Assembly (NCBI GenBank): GCA_973895155.1
Contig: OZ316895.1
Span: forward strand, 10,776,184 to 10,840,183
Direction: 5' to 3'
Length of the DNA stretch: 64,000 nt
DNA from: Marsupella aquatica
Lineage: Eukaryota > Plantae > Marchantiophyta
A program made the position numbers and the translations under genes. Below are positions 48,801-62,500 of the stretch, piece by piece; the stretch's first letter is position 1; each line of letters begins with the position of its first letter. The notes below the pieces were generated by a model. The model made no database searches. It saw only the letters and a list, made by a program, of their open reading frames with translations, and was not told the DNA's origin.

Positions 48801-51800
48801 AATGAACTTGCTCCATAATATACTTTAGAAAATTATGCGAGGAAAGAGTTCATAGCTGTCCAACACACTTCTTGGGTATCATTTGAAAGTGTTTAGACTT
48901 AAGTGTTTCAATTTAAACACAACTCTGGAATCCAGCTTACAATTACACTTGAAGAGTCAATCTTCAATGAATTCATGAATAGTATATACATAAAGACCAC
49001 GTGAAAACTAAGTCAATGCTAGCCACAAAATCTTGGTAAAAAATCTAGAAGAATTTAGACTTGGACCTGAATTATGGAATAGTGGTCAGGGCATTCCAAT
49101 GCTAATTTAACCCTGTCATGGTGTCAGATAATTGGGGTTATTCCAAAATAGCTACATATTAAGTGTCTTGGTCATTAACTGTCCCCAAAAAGGTGCAACA
49201 TCGTCCTGCATGACAAGCATATGTTTGCACTTAGTTGAGTGCTAAATGTAACCAACGTGTAGACTCGCCTGCAGATAGGTCCAGCATGATAACAACTTAG
49301 CAAAGTGATCAATTGTTCCCACTTACTATCTAATGGATGAATATGCAAATAATCACTGATGCCACATTTGACTGCAGTCTTGGTACAGTCTTCACATACA
49401 ACTGGACCATTGGGGACCCTGATATTTACACCAAAAACAATAGTGAACCTGGGTGGTGTAACCTGGACCCTGCTGCATATTTTAACCAAACGGCAGCAAA
49501 AAAAGATGATTGCTTCTGTATATATGACGGAATTGCTGGAGAGCTTTGTGAATATTATACCGAAAGTACATGTGTGAATCAGTGCTCTGGAAATGGCTTA
49601 TGTCAAAATGGCTTTTGTGCGGTGGGTGTTGTGTTTTATTATACTAGGAACTTTTTATTACACTTTATCTAGACTAGATTCACAGGGATATAAATGAACT
49701 CATCTCCTTTCAGAACCAATCCTGTCCTCAGCAAAACTTACACATACTCTTCGCTGTACCCAATTTCAAATGTGAAATGCCACCACAGCTTATTAGTTTA
49801 CAGGATTTTGAATGGAACCAAGTTTCATCAAATTTCTTCCAGTTAAAGGAGTGTCTAGAAATTTGAAACTATGCCAGTTTTGATCATAAGTAACTTACCT
49901 TATTATTCAATTGAAAGGATCATTGTGAATTGAGTAGTATTAATGCAAAAAGTGATCAAAATCATTTGTCTGAACTTTTGGTTTCCTTGTCACATTCTAG
50001 TGCAAAGAAGGGTGGTATGGCATTGACTGTAGTATACCATCAGTAAACGCATCAATGAAGAAGTGGCCCAGCTGGCTTTCAAATGATACAGTGCAACATA
50101 GTCATGAGCCTTCCAAGTTTGGATATCAGGTATCAAGCAAAATTTATGTCCAGAGGCAGAGACCACTAATATACGTCTACGACTTACCTGCACAATTCAA
50201 CAATCTCCTCTTGGAGGTATTTCTTTGAAATATTTTCCTGCCATTGGATCACTAAGCCTGCCAAGAGGGAGTTTTAAGCAACCTTTAAGGACAGTTAGAA
50301 ACACATAGATTTAAAGTATCATTGAATTTAAGTAGAGAGGAGCAGATGTTAAGATCAGTTGAGAACCAAATTGTTAGGCCCAAGTTCAGTATATCAAAGG
50401 CTAGTCCCATCATGTTTGTTATTGCTGGTTTGAAGTCATGACAAAATCCATTCACTAGTGACTTTGATGATGCGCAGGGACGACACTATAAATTTCACTG
50501 TGTGAATAGAGTATATGATTCTCAGAATTGGACAGTCTGGTCAGAAGCTCTCTATGGTGCGGAGGTGAGGATTTCTACTGGAAGTTTGCTAACTTGAAAT
50601 TTCAAATGAAACCATGTGCTATCTCTGTTTATGCTCCATTCATTTTGCCTTTTGTGTGCCAGACTAAAATAAAACCATGTGCTATTCTACACCATTTGAA
50701 TGTGCAAACTGTGATCTTTCAGTCTTGATAAGGGGCAAACTTTAGGAATGACACTCATCCTGTTCAAGCACTTTCTAGTAAACAATATTGTTATAATACA
50801 GCTAGAGTCTCAAACAAATGGTTTGCGACATGGTCAAAACGCAAGGGCTGGTCTTCAAACTGAGTTCTCTTAGTGGTTTGACGAAAATGTTGTAGTAGAG
50901 TTAATATGTCTTCAACCATGTATATATAAAGTTTTGCTGCATAGATGAACAATACAGCAAATTTTGGCTACCTTTTGCCTTAAATTTCTAAACATCACTT
51001 AATTTTTAGTTTTATTTTGTGCAATATCTGTGGAAAAAGGCAAACAAATGTAAGGTTTGGAGGATAAATCAAAGTACATTATATGAGTACAGGTTCAATG
51101 AGCAAGTAGCAGCCTCATAATTTAGCATAGGTCACTAACCAACATGGTGTCTAATTTCAAAATTACCATCTTTCCTCACAGAATGCATTTCTTGAGAGCT
51201 TGCTTGCATCTAAGCATCGCACTAATAATGCTCAAGAAGCAGATTTCTTCTATGTACCAGTCATGGGAGCCTGTGCAATTGCTCGTGCAGGCGATTCACC
51301 ACATATGGACATATATGTAGGTACTCACTCCTTCAGCTGTGATCAGAATTAAACTGAGTCTTTGTGCCAAATAGGTCATGGAGGTTTAAAGGAAATCAAC
51401 AGGTTCCCTTATAATGGTTTCAGAGCAGAAGGAAGACATCCTTACATAATGTGCACAATGTTCCAAATTCAATGTCTAAGCCTCACTATTTGTGAAAATG
51501 AATTTTGATTATGCAGAGGAAACATTATGGAGTAAGGCCCTACTTTGCAGGAGATATGTACTACAAAAAAGCTTACCAGCATATACGAAAAACTTATCCC
51601 TACTGGGATAGGTCAGGTGGCCGTGACCATATCTGGGTACTGTTTCTTACCAGCTATCAGTCTGCTACTCCCCGTTTGGTATTTAGAGAGAGGAAATTCT
51701 CTGTTTTCTTGTAGTGTGTTTCTAATTTATTTTCATAGTGGGGGCGTGGGGGTTATGTTTTGTCATAATAGAGAGCAAATACTTAAGACGTTCAACTACT

Positions 51801-54560
51801 ATCTTGTCGAGCTGTGATCAACACTTCAGATTCAAGACAAGCTACAGACTCTCCTGGCTTGGATCCTTCTAGCTTTTCTACCATTAAGAAATCCCTTGGG
51901 GGTCTCACTTACTTTCTTCCTACCCTGCGGCAAACTCGCATATACCTTCTTAATTCATTTTGAGGAAGACTTTTGAAAACATTACTTCTAAGAAGGGCTT
52001 TTCAAACTAGTAAATGCCCATACCATACAAAACATTTAAAGTTTTTAATCTGGTCATTTAAATTAAAACTGTCGCAGGTGATGGGGGGGGGGGGGGGTAC
52101 ATATAGAGTGTCCCCCCCGAAAAAATCTCGTTTTTGCTTTTATCTGAAAATTCTATTGGCGCTGTTTTTGGGGCTCTTTGACCGAAAGCTTAAACACTTT
52201 GCTTCCATCTTGCATGTAAACCAGAAATTGACAATGAGACTGATTGCAAGATTGATGTTACTGACAGATGTTTCCCTGGGACGAAGGTGCATGTGTATCT
52301 CCTAAGGAGATATGGAACAGCATGATGCTTGTCCACTGGGGTAATACGAACTCAAAGTACAAAGATTCAACATCAACTTATGGTCCTGACAACTGGGACA
52401 GAGTTCCAAAATATTGGAGAGGAAATCATCCATGCTACGACCCCGAAAAGGACCTTGTGCTGCCTTCATGGAAGAACCCAGATCTCCATTTACTGAATCG
52501 GAGGCTCTGGACAAGGTAACAATCGCTCTCTGTCCCTCAAGCTATGTACTACCTAGGCTAGCGATTGTGATTCACCATTAGACATCAAGGATCTGTATTT
52601 GGAATCAACAAATGCTGCATTCTTTAGGCTTGGACCATCTTGCTGAATGCTCTTTTTATCAGTTAGTTAGTCATTAGCATGCTAGCTGTCTTGTAGTTTG
52701 CAACTTAAGACCCGGCAGTCCTAAAGCCTATTACTTGACATGGTGGTTTGTGTACTCCAGCCCTTCCAAACTAGAGCAAGGAGAAATAGTGTCGATAGGG
52801 GATCCAATGTAGCTTTTTGTTCAGTACTCAGTTTCCTAGATGATTTATCTTCACTCCAAGACATATTTGCCATCTGCCGTAGTACTTATTTTCGGAGTAA
52901 AAGTCTGAAGCATTTCTTAGGTCCGCTCAGTGTCAGGTGCTTCATTGATATTGTGCAGGAAAATAGAGGAGCGTCCAACTCTATTCTACTTTAGAGGGAA
53001 TCTCGGCAGCAAGTACAAGAGTGGAAGACCAGAGCTTAAGTTCGTTCCAAGTACTTCTCACCCTTGTAGAACAAACTGTAATGCGTTGGAAGGAAGGCCG
53101 TAGTACATGTTGTGGCTGCATTGTGCGCCAGAAAATCTTACGCTGTGCCGCTGATTCTGTTTACAAATATCTTGCAGTTATAGTATGGGAATCCGGCAGC
53201 GAGTGGCTGAAGAATTTGGAGCAGAGCCAAATCTGGAAGGTCTCTTGGGTCGACGATTTGCTCCGGATGTGAAAGTGATTAGTGGACGTGGTAACAATTA
53301 CTCCCTTGAGCTGGCATCATCTCGCTTTTGTGGAGTCTTTCCTGGAGATGGTTGGAGTGGCCGAATGGAAGACAGTATACTTCATGGTTGCATACCTGTG
53401 ATCATCCAGGTCTTTCAAGACACTACATTTTTGTTTTGTCTTGATATAGAAACATTTACTTTCCAGCATCATTTTAGAGCACATTTATGCTGCATACTGA
53501 GCTTTGTTTGATAGCACAGTGACGAGTTTCGGTTAATAGATTTGCAAGAAAGAGGTAAAACTTTGAGGAAACGATGAAGGGCATGGAGCTTCTTGAAACT
53601 GTTTACTCGGTTCGAATCCCAAGACCGAAAATTTGTCTATGATCTCTGCAGGATGGCATAGATCTCCCTTTTGAGAATGTGCTCGACTACAGCAAGTTTG
53701 CTGTCAGGATCGCTGAGGAACACTTACCTCTAACGCTGGATATTTTGCGGGTAGGATTTTGCATTCCCTCTCGATTATATGGCTACTGTTAATCTTTATT
53801 TATTTGATCTATCTCCAAGTCTTTGGCGCGAGGTTTCTGTGAGGTACATGCGACTGGCACTAGGGTTCTCAGTCAAGCACAACACTCGACAATCACAAGT
53901 GGGTTCTGCATGCCTTGAGAGTTGCAGCGCCGTCTAAGAAGCTCTGATGAGAAAGCTTGTAAGATTGGGCTTTTTGTGCAGAGCATTCCAGAAGAACAAG
54001 TGGTGAATATGCAGTCTGTGGTCCAAACATTATGGCCGAGATTCACGTATCACAACGCTGTTCGATTAGAGGCTGACAGGCAGGAGGCTTCCGGAAATAA
54101 AAGTCGGCTCAGAGGCTGGACCCAGTTCAAGCATTTGAGAGACGATGACGCGTTTGATACATTTATTCAGGTTCCTCACTCTGTCTGGATGCTCTACTGG
54201 TATAATGCACAGATGTGATCCTCGATGCAATACCAGTCTTAAGTCTAGATAAAGTAGAGGAGTTTATTGAAAGTGATTCAGTCTTCCAATTTTGTCGGCT
54301 CTCTTAGCTGTATTCGGTACCTGAGGTGTAAAAGCTACGGTACAAGCTTTACTTGTAAGGGACGTCAAAGCAAAGACAATAACAACAAACTGTGAAGGGT
54401 ATTATGAATAAGGCTGTCCAGGTGACCTTTACATGACTGCTATTTGCAGGTGTTGCACTACAAACTTATTCAACGATCGCAAGCGTCCGAAAGCACATCA
54501 ACACACATTCAACGTGATGGTGGCGTGAATTGTCACAACTACTCTTACGAACATAATTGA
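45848..54560 (+). CDS. Exostosin-family (GT47) glycosyltransferase with an N-terminal signal anchor and EGF-like domains
   Basis: Approximate exons: 45848-46354, 46493-46705, 47597-47690, 48457-48658, 49378-49621, 50001-50216, 50478-50564, 51182-51316, 51517-51636, 52268-52515, ~52960-53039, 53178-53409, 53652-53750, 53982-54170, 54450-54560. EGF motifs CSGNGVCNHDLGKCQC and CSGNGLCQNGFC. GT47 motifs RPLIYVYDLP, EADFFYVP, YWDRSGGRDHIW, SRFC...GDGWSGRMEDSILHGCIPVIIQ. Confidence 0.93.
47100..47423 (+). mobile_element. Intronic Helitron-like fragment, same family as 31600-31935
   Basis: CTTGACATCT repeats ending TGTGCAATGCATAGGCACCAGGGTAGT. Confidence 0.45.
51895..52121 (+). mobile_element. MITE copy 5 (short, diverged) in an exostosin intron
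   Basis: Ends CTTGGGGGTCTCACT / AGTGTCCCCCCCGAA. Retains the inner GTCGCAGGTGATG motif of copy 2. TSD degraded. Confidence 0.65.
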
Positions 54561-56049
54561 AGGACTGACGTGGTTTGTATATATAGGACCCCTGTATACT
54601 AAGCTGCGAGTATTTTTTTTATGTTACTTTGCTGTTCAATGTGTCGAAATTGTATAGACGTCCTACGTCAGCATCAATGTATGCATAGTGTATGACAAAT
54701 CTAGAAAAACCTGAAGGTTTCGTTTACTCAGTAGAGACAATCATTGGCAAAATTGTCACCTGGACTCATGCTGAAATCTGGGATCAAGAAGTTCAGAAAT
54801 GCACAACTCTTTCCGAGTAGCAAAGAATGCTAGTGGGCCCTGATGTTCTCTTTCTGATAGGGTCTTGAACTGGGTAAGTTTCTAACATGTAGAGAAAACT
54901 GTAATCCGGTTGTAATTTACTGCTCCCTCCGTCCCTCTCCCCTTGATGACTAATGAGATCTCGGTGCCAAGGGTGGACTGATTACCCGGCGGTCTCAATT
55001 TTGTTCGACGTGCTATAGGCGGTACACGGACCTCCCATCTAACTCCATTCGGTTTGGGTGGACCGGTATCAAAACACGCTTGTCTATCAATTACCCATAT
55101 TTCAGTGTCGAGTTTTTAGATCTATAAAGAAATGGGATTATCATCGAAGGGGTACGTGGGCGAGTATCCTCCGAGTTCTGCCCGCTCAAGATAGTCAACA
55201 GATGTGGCTTGACACTTTTTCAAATTGGAAGGGACTCAGAGATATATTTCACGACAGCGGGATTAAAAATCGACATGTGGAATTGAAATCCTCGAAGAAA
55301 TATTATCGAACAATTGACCGAAATGCTTCAGTCTGTATCCTTTCGTTGTAGACCCAGGACAGAACAAAATCTTCTCCAAATCAGTTGCATGGAAAGAGAA
55401 TCTTTCCATAGAATTCGCATAAACAATCCGGATTTCCATATCGAACAGATTGCATGAAGGCAGTACATACAATGTGCAAGAACAAGAAATGACTTTCAGT
55501 TAATCCTGATCGCAGCATTGAATTGAAAGAATCTTATCGATACAAGGACGTGGCATCGAAACATCTAGTGCGGAATTTGTACCTACTTTATTGGTGGGAT
55601 CGCTGCACTGGATCGTGAAGGCATGAAATTGCGGCACTCGAGCATGACTAGCGCACAACTGCCGACTCGAAGTTAAAGATCCCTTGCCAATAACGAATCA
55701 TAAGTAACTCCTCCGTCGGTAATGATTTTCAAGTAATTGGATTGCATTAGTTTCAGTGCTTGTCAATATCGTTTTTCTGGAGATGATTCCTGAAGTCTAT
55801 CCAGGTCATTTCCGATGACGTTGTGCAAAATGGGACCTCAGGTTTTCATGGCCTACTCTGAACGATATCAGGACAAATTTTCAGGATCGCTTTAATTTCT
55901 GCCAAAATGATCGACCTATGTACAAGCTGCGGACTAGTGTGACATGATCAGATTCATGACCGAACGAGTAATTGGAATCCAAATCAGCCTTGGTATTGCC
56001 AGAAAAAAGACAGATTTTCCAGGACTGAAAGCCAGGACAGACTTTCTCG

Positions 56050-56715
56050 ATGGGAAAGACACAAACTATATCGATTGAGATGCACGATATGAAGCAAAAA
56101 CCACCACGGAGCAGCACCAAGAAGCTTTCCTGGCCCTTCATTGCCAGGTCGGCCCAGGTACCGGTGTGCATAAAGCCTTCATGTATAGACCTGAGGCCGC
56201 CATGGACTGCCAGTCCAAAGTCTGGGGCCTTCGAGCCCGCACATCGTCTGCTGGGCTCAGCCGAGTGGCATCCTCCAAAAACAGTTCGAGTGTGCAGACA
56301 GGAGCTCTTTCTCGAGCGAATCACGGGATCTGGTTCCGTCAAGAAGGAAGCTCTCCATTGTGATTGCTTGGCTCATTGGAACAACAATCGACCCTCGTCT
56401 GCTCCCGCGGGTGGTAGACCAGCCTCAAAGCTTGATCGGCCAAAGAAAAGGCCTCCCTGGAGACCTTGTGCCATGTCGGGAGCTTTTGATTCCAGCCCGG
56501 GGCTGCTTTGTGACCCCGGGCCAGTAAGACCCCAGACTTCTCACAGGGACAAGAGGCTTTGCAAAACTTGTGGCCTCAGAGCCAAACCCTCGCCACTCCT
56601 TCGAAACCTTGTAATCAAGATAGAAAACCTCATGAGCGAATCCCCATTTGGTTGGTGTGTGGTCAATCCGCCCTATAACGAACTACCACATAGTGTTTGT
56701 AGGGACTTAGGATGA
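56050..56715 (+). CDS. Unknown basic Pro/Arg/Cys-rich 221-aa ORF with an internal repeat
   Basis: Longest ORF between the two flanking genes, starting at ATG. Repeat RPPWTASPKSGAFEP / RPPWRPCAMSGAFDS. Confidence 0.4.
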   Translation: MGKTQTISIEMHDMKQKPPRSSTKKLSWPFIARSAQVPVCIKPSCIDLRPPWTASPKSGAFEPAHRLLGSAEWHPPKTVRVCRQELFLERITGSGSVKKEALHCDCLAHWNNNRPSSAPAGGRPASKLDRPKKRPPWRPCAMSGAFDSSPGLLCDPGPVRPQTSHRDKRLCKTCGLRAKPSPLLRNLVIKIENLMSESPFGWCVVNPPYNELPHSVCRDLG

Positions 56716-59548
56716 TTTCCAAAAGAAAGCGTAGATCGTATCTTACACATTGCAGAAGCCTGTGTAAGTGTGCTTCTCAACACATTGAATCCAGACGTTC
56801 TACAAAAGTCCCTGGAATTCATTGTTTCAAAATCCAGTTCGATCCCCGACTCCCTGGAGGGCTGGGCTTACACGTCATCAGCGAATTTATGAAAATAAAA
56901 GGAAATTTTGACGAGGGCTCCACGAGCCTACAACCAATTAGCCCTTTGGCATTGCCGAAATTCAATGCCGAGCTTCTTGCTTTTGCAGTACTTGCTTAGA
57001 AGATATAATTCCAAGATTGTGGAAGACATCTCAAGGAGTGATTGGAGGGAAATCTATTGTCACATTTGCAGCTCCATTCTTCGGCAGTTCACAGATCTGA
57101 GAATGCTGGTGGGCGTTGTGAAAGACTGTTATGGCTTGGGAAGCTACTGCGATGGATCCTCAATAGGCTCAGATTACTTACAAACCCTGTGAGTCTGTAG
57201 AATTTTCACAGTTGCTGACGACCGTCTGTTCTGCAAGTTAGCCTGTCAATAAAGTTCCTTTCTACGGTAGAGGCCCAGACTGAGAAGGTTCTTTACTCGG
57301 GATTCTTTGAGGGTCACCACTCATTCGGAATTCACCTTACTGCAGACTGTTCAGAACAATTCTTGTAGGCTTATCTTGACTGACAAAGGTCCATAAGTCA
57401 GTAATCGCTTGGCTCGAGGGTAAAGCCAAGGACGTCTTGGCTGATAACGTACATGTAGTAGCGATTGCTGCAAACGAAGCACCTGCAATTGTGCTACAGA
57501 AGCTCCCTGAGTCAGTTCATCTGCAAGTGGAGATGCCTCTGGTTTGTCCAATGCAGGTTGTGTACAAGCGAAGGCACATGTTCGTTGCTCCCATGTGTGT
57601 GAGTCCAATTCACGTCCAATTCGCCCACTGTCCTTTTAAAGCAGATGCGGTGACCTGAGAAATGAAGCAATTAGCTGCTGTACCTGCATTTAGGCAGAAA
57701 CGATTCCTTTCTACCGAGCTGAAAGATTCAAATGAGAGCCTTTCACAACTGGACAGTTCGTTTGGGCCAGTCGCCTGCCATGCCAGCCTTTTCCTTTTTT
57801 GCAGTGTTATGGAGAAGAAGCAACGTGCTAAAAAGTACTTAGTACCACGTTTATGGTTATGGTAATGGGTGGACGATTATTGCTACAGGGGCTCCCATAT
57901 GCCTCCCCGCCTTTTCTGTTGTGTGTTTAGATCGATAGCCTACCCGTGGGCTGCCATAGATGCAGGATTATTTCCCATTAGCAGTCCATGGTACTTCCTA
58001 CATAGTTCCATGCGGTGCTCACTGAGTGATTATGGACTGGCCCTGTCTGCGGCTCCAGGGTCCGCACTCCGCAGCTATAGACTGCCCGGGGCTCCTATAT
58101 CCACAGCTTGCACTGAAATTCATCAACAAACTTTCGATTCAAGTTGCAAAACATTTGCGACTTCACCATCTTTCCCTCACGTTCCTATGCAAGAAATGGC
58201 GAAGAGCTTCTAACTAATGGGGGTCAGCGCCCTGGGAAGTAAATGACTGCCCAGCAATAAAGCACCGACAAAGCTTCTCAATGGGATATGAAATCAGAAG
58301 AAACGAGAACGGACAAGGGAGACCGAATGCGCTATGCGATAGTCGAAAGTGCAACAGACAAGGGTTTCCAATTGCTTCCTAATTGCATGTGTCTCGGCCA
58401 GTATTGGTATTGGTTTCTGCTCAGCCTTTTAAGGGGATTGTGATCACCTTCATATGAATGAAAGTGAAAGAGGTGTCACCACAGATGACCACTCAAGAAC
58501 GCAAAAGACCTAAGGAACATCTTTATTGAAAGAGGGGAAAGAGCGGCAAAGAAAGGGAAACGCTTCAAATGACGAAATGTGGATCACAAATGACAGCTAA
58601 TAGAAGTTTTTAGGTTGTATGAGATAGAGAGCTCATAGAGGCAAGAGTGACAATGAAGTGTTTCAGAATAGCCAGGAGTAGAATATTAGGAAGTGGCACA
58701 GTAAGGTTGAAGCTCCGTTTAGGCTCTTTTGAGAATTCTTAGAAGTAATTCTATATTTGGCCAATAACGAGTAAGTTATCTAATCAAAGAGCTATAGAGC
58801 ATGCAAAATGTGTTGGGACAACCATCAACCAAGACGATGGCAAGGTCAGAACGACCCCAATAAACAAGGCATGAGATTCCAGCTCTCATACGAAATCCTG
58901 ATGTGAAAGGGCTTGCGTCGATGTGAACGACGAATGATGCACGAACAAGAATGTCCACTACAGATGGAGTCGATGTTGAATGATGTCTGGGACACCTTGC
59001 AACAGCCGAGCAGTCTTTCAGAAACACTACACGTGAAAGGTCGACCTTGAGGCCGTCAAGAAATCTTTCTGTGGCAAAAAATCACATACACAAGTATTAC
59101 CGACTTATGATCCTGGGAAACTTTTCTTACCGATCGAAATTTAAGCTGAATCACGTCACAACGGAGTTGTTCCTTGCGGTCGTCATAAATCCTTCCTAGA
59201 AAAATTGTCGTCATGCGAATTGCTGTTCCACATGGTAAGCCAAGTTTTAGCTTGCTCGACGACTCTTACTCAGCTAACTTTTTTCTTAGTTTTGAGCGGT
59301 TTACTTCCTCAAGGAAAGAGAAGACAAATCCGTTGGAGGACAATGGTACTAACTTGCAGTCCTCGTTTTATAGGACAGAAGTCGTGCTAAAAATTGGACT
59401 ATTTACAGTAATCCGTGTGTATAAAATGGGGCAGTCTGGTGAACATATTTGCACCTGTTTGAGGAGATACGCTCCGCCACCTGAATATTCAAACAATGAC
59501 CTCCGTTGACGGATGCCTCAATGAGAACCTCCCTTAAAAAGCAAGTTG

Positions 59549-62500
59549 TCATGCTGCTACAGCAGCCTGAAATTGCTTAGGGGTCGGCAACCGAGGTGCT
59601 TGTTGAGATCCTAGTGTCCCTAGTTGGCCACAAGCAGCCATCTGATCATCACCTCTGCTCTGTCTTATGTGGACAGTAAGACCTGCATTGGTAATAATAT
59701 CTCTAAATGAGAGCATCTGCTCTTTTGGGCTTGGTCTGAACCCTGATTCTGAATGTGGATTGAAACATATCAGATTAATTTTACAAGAAATTCCTTCGAC
59801 AAGTTTCACCAACCTATGAGCGTCTTCAACACTGCAGACAAACGAAACACAGATTTATTAGAGAGGATAAAGATACCGAGACTGAAGTTAATTGTTCCAA
59901 TAAATAGATCATGTTGCTCTTCGTATGGAGACCAAAACTTACAGCAGAATTCAGTGACCTATTTCCACAGCAGGGTTCCAATTCTCTTTACGAGGGAGAA
60001 TGGACGAATACTTGCTTATATGACTGGGAAGGCAGTGTAACTGAAATCACAACCTTGTAAATGGTCAGATGGTCATGAGACACGTACCTGTCATTGACTC
60101 CTGCTAGCATGACATACTCGAAGAAAACTGAACGCTCAGGTCTCAAAGAACTTTCTTCCCTCAGCGTTTTTAAAAGGACATTAAGACCGTACTTTCGGTT
60201 GATGGGCATTATCCAGTTCCGCACCTGGTCATACCAAGAGTCGACAAGTAATTCAAGTCAACATTACGAATTTTGTTTCTTATCTCCAATAATACAAGAA
60301 ACCTTAGCCAAATGCACCGTTAAAAGACAAATGTATGATAGTGGTATTGTTGCGAGGTCCCATACCTCATCGGTAGTAGCATTCAAGCTGACAGCTAACG
60401 CGCAAATTGATTCTTTGTAAAATTGTTGTATCTGAGGCACAAGACCACTGGTTGAAACCGTCACTTTGTTGTGAGAAAGGTGCAAACCGTGGTTATCAAT
60501 CATTATATTGGCTGCTCGTATTACGTTGTCCGCATTGTGAAGAGGCTCACCCATACCCTGCATTAGCGATAACAAAGATCTTAAGATGAGTTTGACTGCT
60601 GGCCAAACTTGCGAAATGGTAGATTGGATTCGAATGAAGACCCGGAAAATGAGAAACAATTTGCCTCTGTCTATAGGGCAAATGAGTTCCAGTGAAGCCT
60701 ACGAATACAGAATATACTTGGACATCCAATTGTGCACGTATGAACTTCTGCTACCCCGATTCAAGTTTTGTGATACGTTTTAAGTGATGATACAGAAGTC
60801 AGATCCGTTTACAGAGTTTACGTGGCCAGACATGACTACTTTTTCGGCATCCGATCCATACCGATCCTTGAATTCCCAGTGCACTGGGTAGTAGGATTTA
60901 CCATGAAAACAACATTTGTGATGGCCCCAACATCCGTGGAAAAGAGACGACAAGCCACCACAACTTGCTCTACGACCTCCGCAGTGCTCAGATTCCTCTT
61001 CAACCCCATTCTGCACAGGTACAACTCTCCAGTTGGACCAGACTCTGATTTCCTCACAACACTGCACATATGTATTGAAGTAAACTGAACCAAAACTATT
61101 CAGGGACATTAGCAGTTTGGCTCATTCCCCGCATGAGCTAAGCCTCAAGACATCTCATGGCATTACAGACGCGTTTCTCTAACCTGGATAAATGCCGCTG
61201 CAAGTGGTCACTGTTCGCATCAATGTTCTAAGAGTCCTGGAAGATACTGGCCGAGCGAAAACAACACACAGAGATGAGAACGGGCTAGACAAGAAAATTT
61301 ACCTGCCTGTAAAACAGAACTGGCAGTTCATGGCACAGCCGACTTGGCTAGAAACACAAACAGTGGTTCGGCCACGACCACTGCTGCAGGGAATCACAAC
61401 AGTCTCTATTGTCCCACTTTCGACGGAGAAAACTATCTGCAATGCAAAAACGAGCAGATCCCAAGAAGAAATCAGGAAGGCCACGAGAGTTTGTCTTTGA
61501 TATAACCTTGTTAATACCGAGCCCTTTTCAGTCCAATTGGAGTATTCTAAGGCCTTGGACAAACAATGCCATTCAGTCATTTTATAACTACAAATTTATG
61601 TGGAAGACACTTCATTCGAAAAATGTCCAGACGCCTTGAAAGCGAGGGTATCGACCTACTGACTCTTGCTGCTAAATTTCAGAGAAAAGTTTTTCATCGT
61701 TAACAATGGACGATCTCCCCAGCAATACATTGCTACAATGGCATTGCTACAATGGCATTGGCATGCAGAGAGTTCATTAATAACAATCATTACTGCTGAA
61801 GATGGACAGCTGCATTCAAAACCAGAAATGGAGAATTCAATCTTTAGGGCTAGTGGGTTTTATACGTGTTTTGATATTCTGTGTGTTTCTAAAAAAGCAA
61901 ACCTTGGAAGCTCAAATCCTTCACAACAAGGCCAATTTGGGCAGTAGATAAATGCCAACCAATTTGCTGGCGTCCTCCTGTATCACATGGACTAATAGGT
62001 TAGGAAGTCCACAGGGGCCAAGATAATTACCTTGCGTGTGCCATCAGCAGCAGTGTGCACGTCCTTCAATTTGAGCACGTTCAACTCGGCTCTGTCTAGT
62101 AGAGCCTCCCTGAATTCCTTGTTTAAACCTGGTCCAGACAACCGGATATTGCAAGCTCATAAGAAGCAGAAAAACTCCATGCTGGCAATTGTGGGTATAT
62201 TAGGCCGCCATTCAAACCCAAAGGAGAATACAGAAAAGCTCGGGACGGCTCTCAAATAAAACGTGGTTGACACATGACCCAGACTCAGAGATTGATTGGT
62301 CATCCGACGAGAGTAAGGATATCCAAAGATGACTGAGAAAACCCACAGAGCCGGCGTGCAAATATTGTGTTTAAATCCCCGCCAGAATCAAATGTGGAGT
62401 CCATTGAACTCAATTGACTTAAATAGTGGCCAGATTATCCTAAGATACACGGAGGTCATTGCAAAATCCCCACACGGCCGACGTCTTTCACACCCAGATT

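Noticed and set aside
55030-55470. Possible organellar DNA insertion
   Set aside because: The composition is suggestive, but I recognise no plastid or mitochondrial gene. A BLAST against organelle genomes would be needed.
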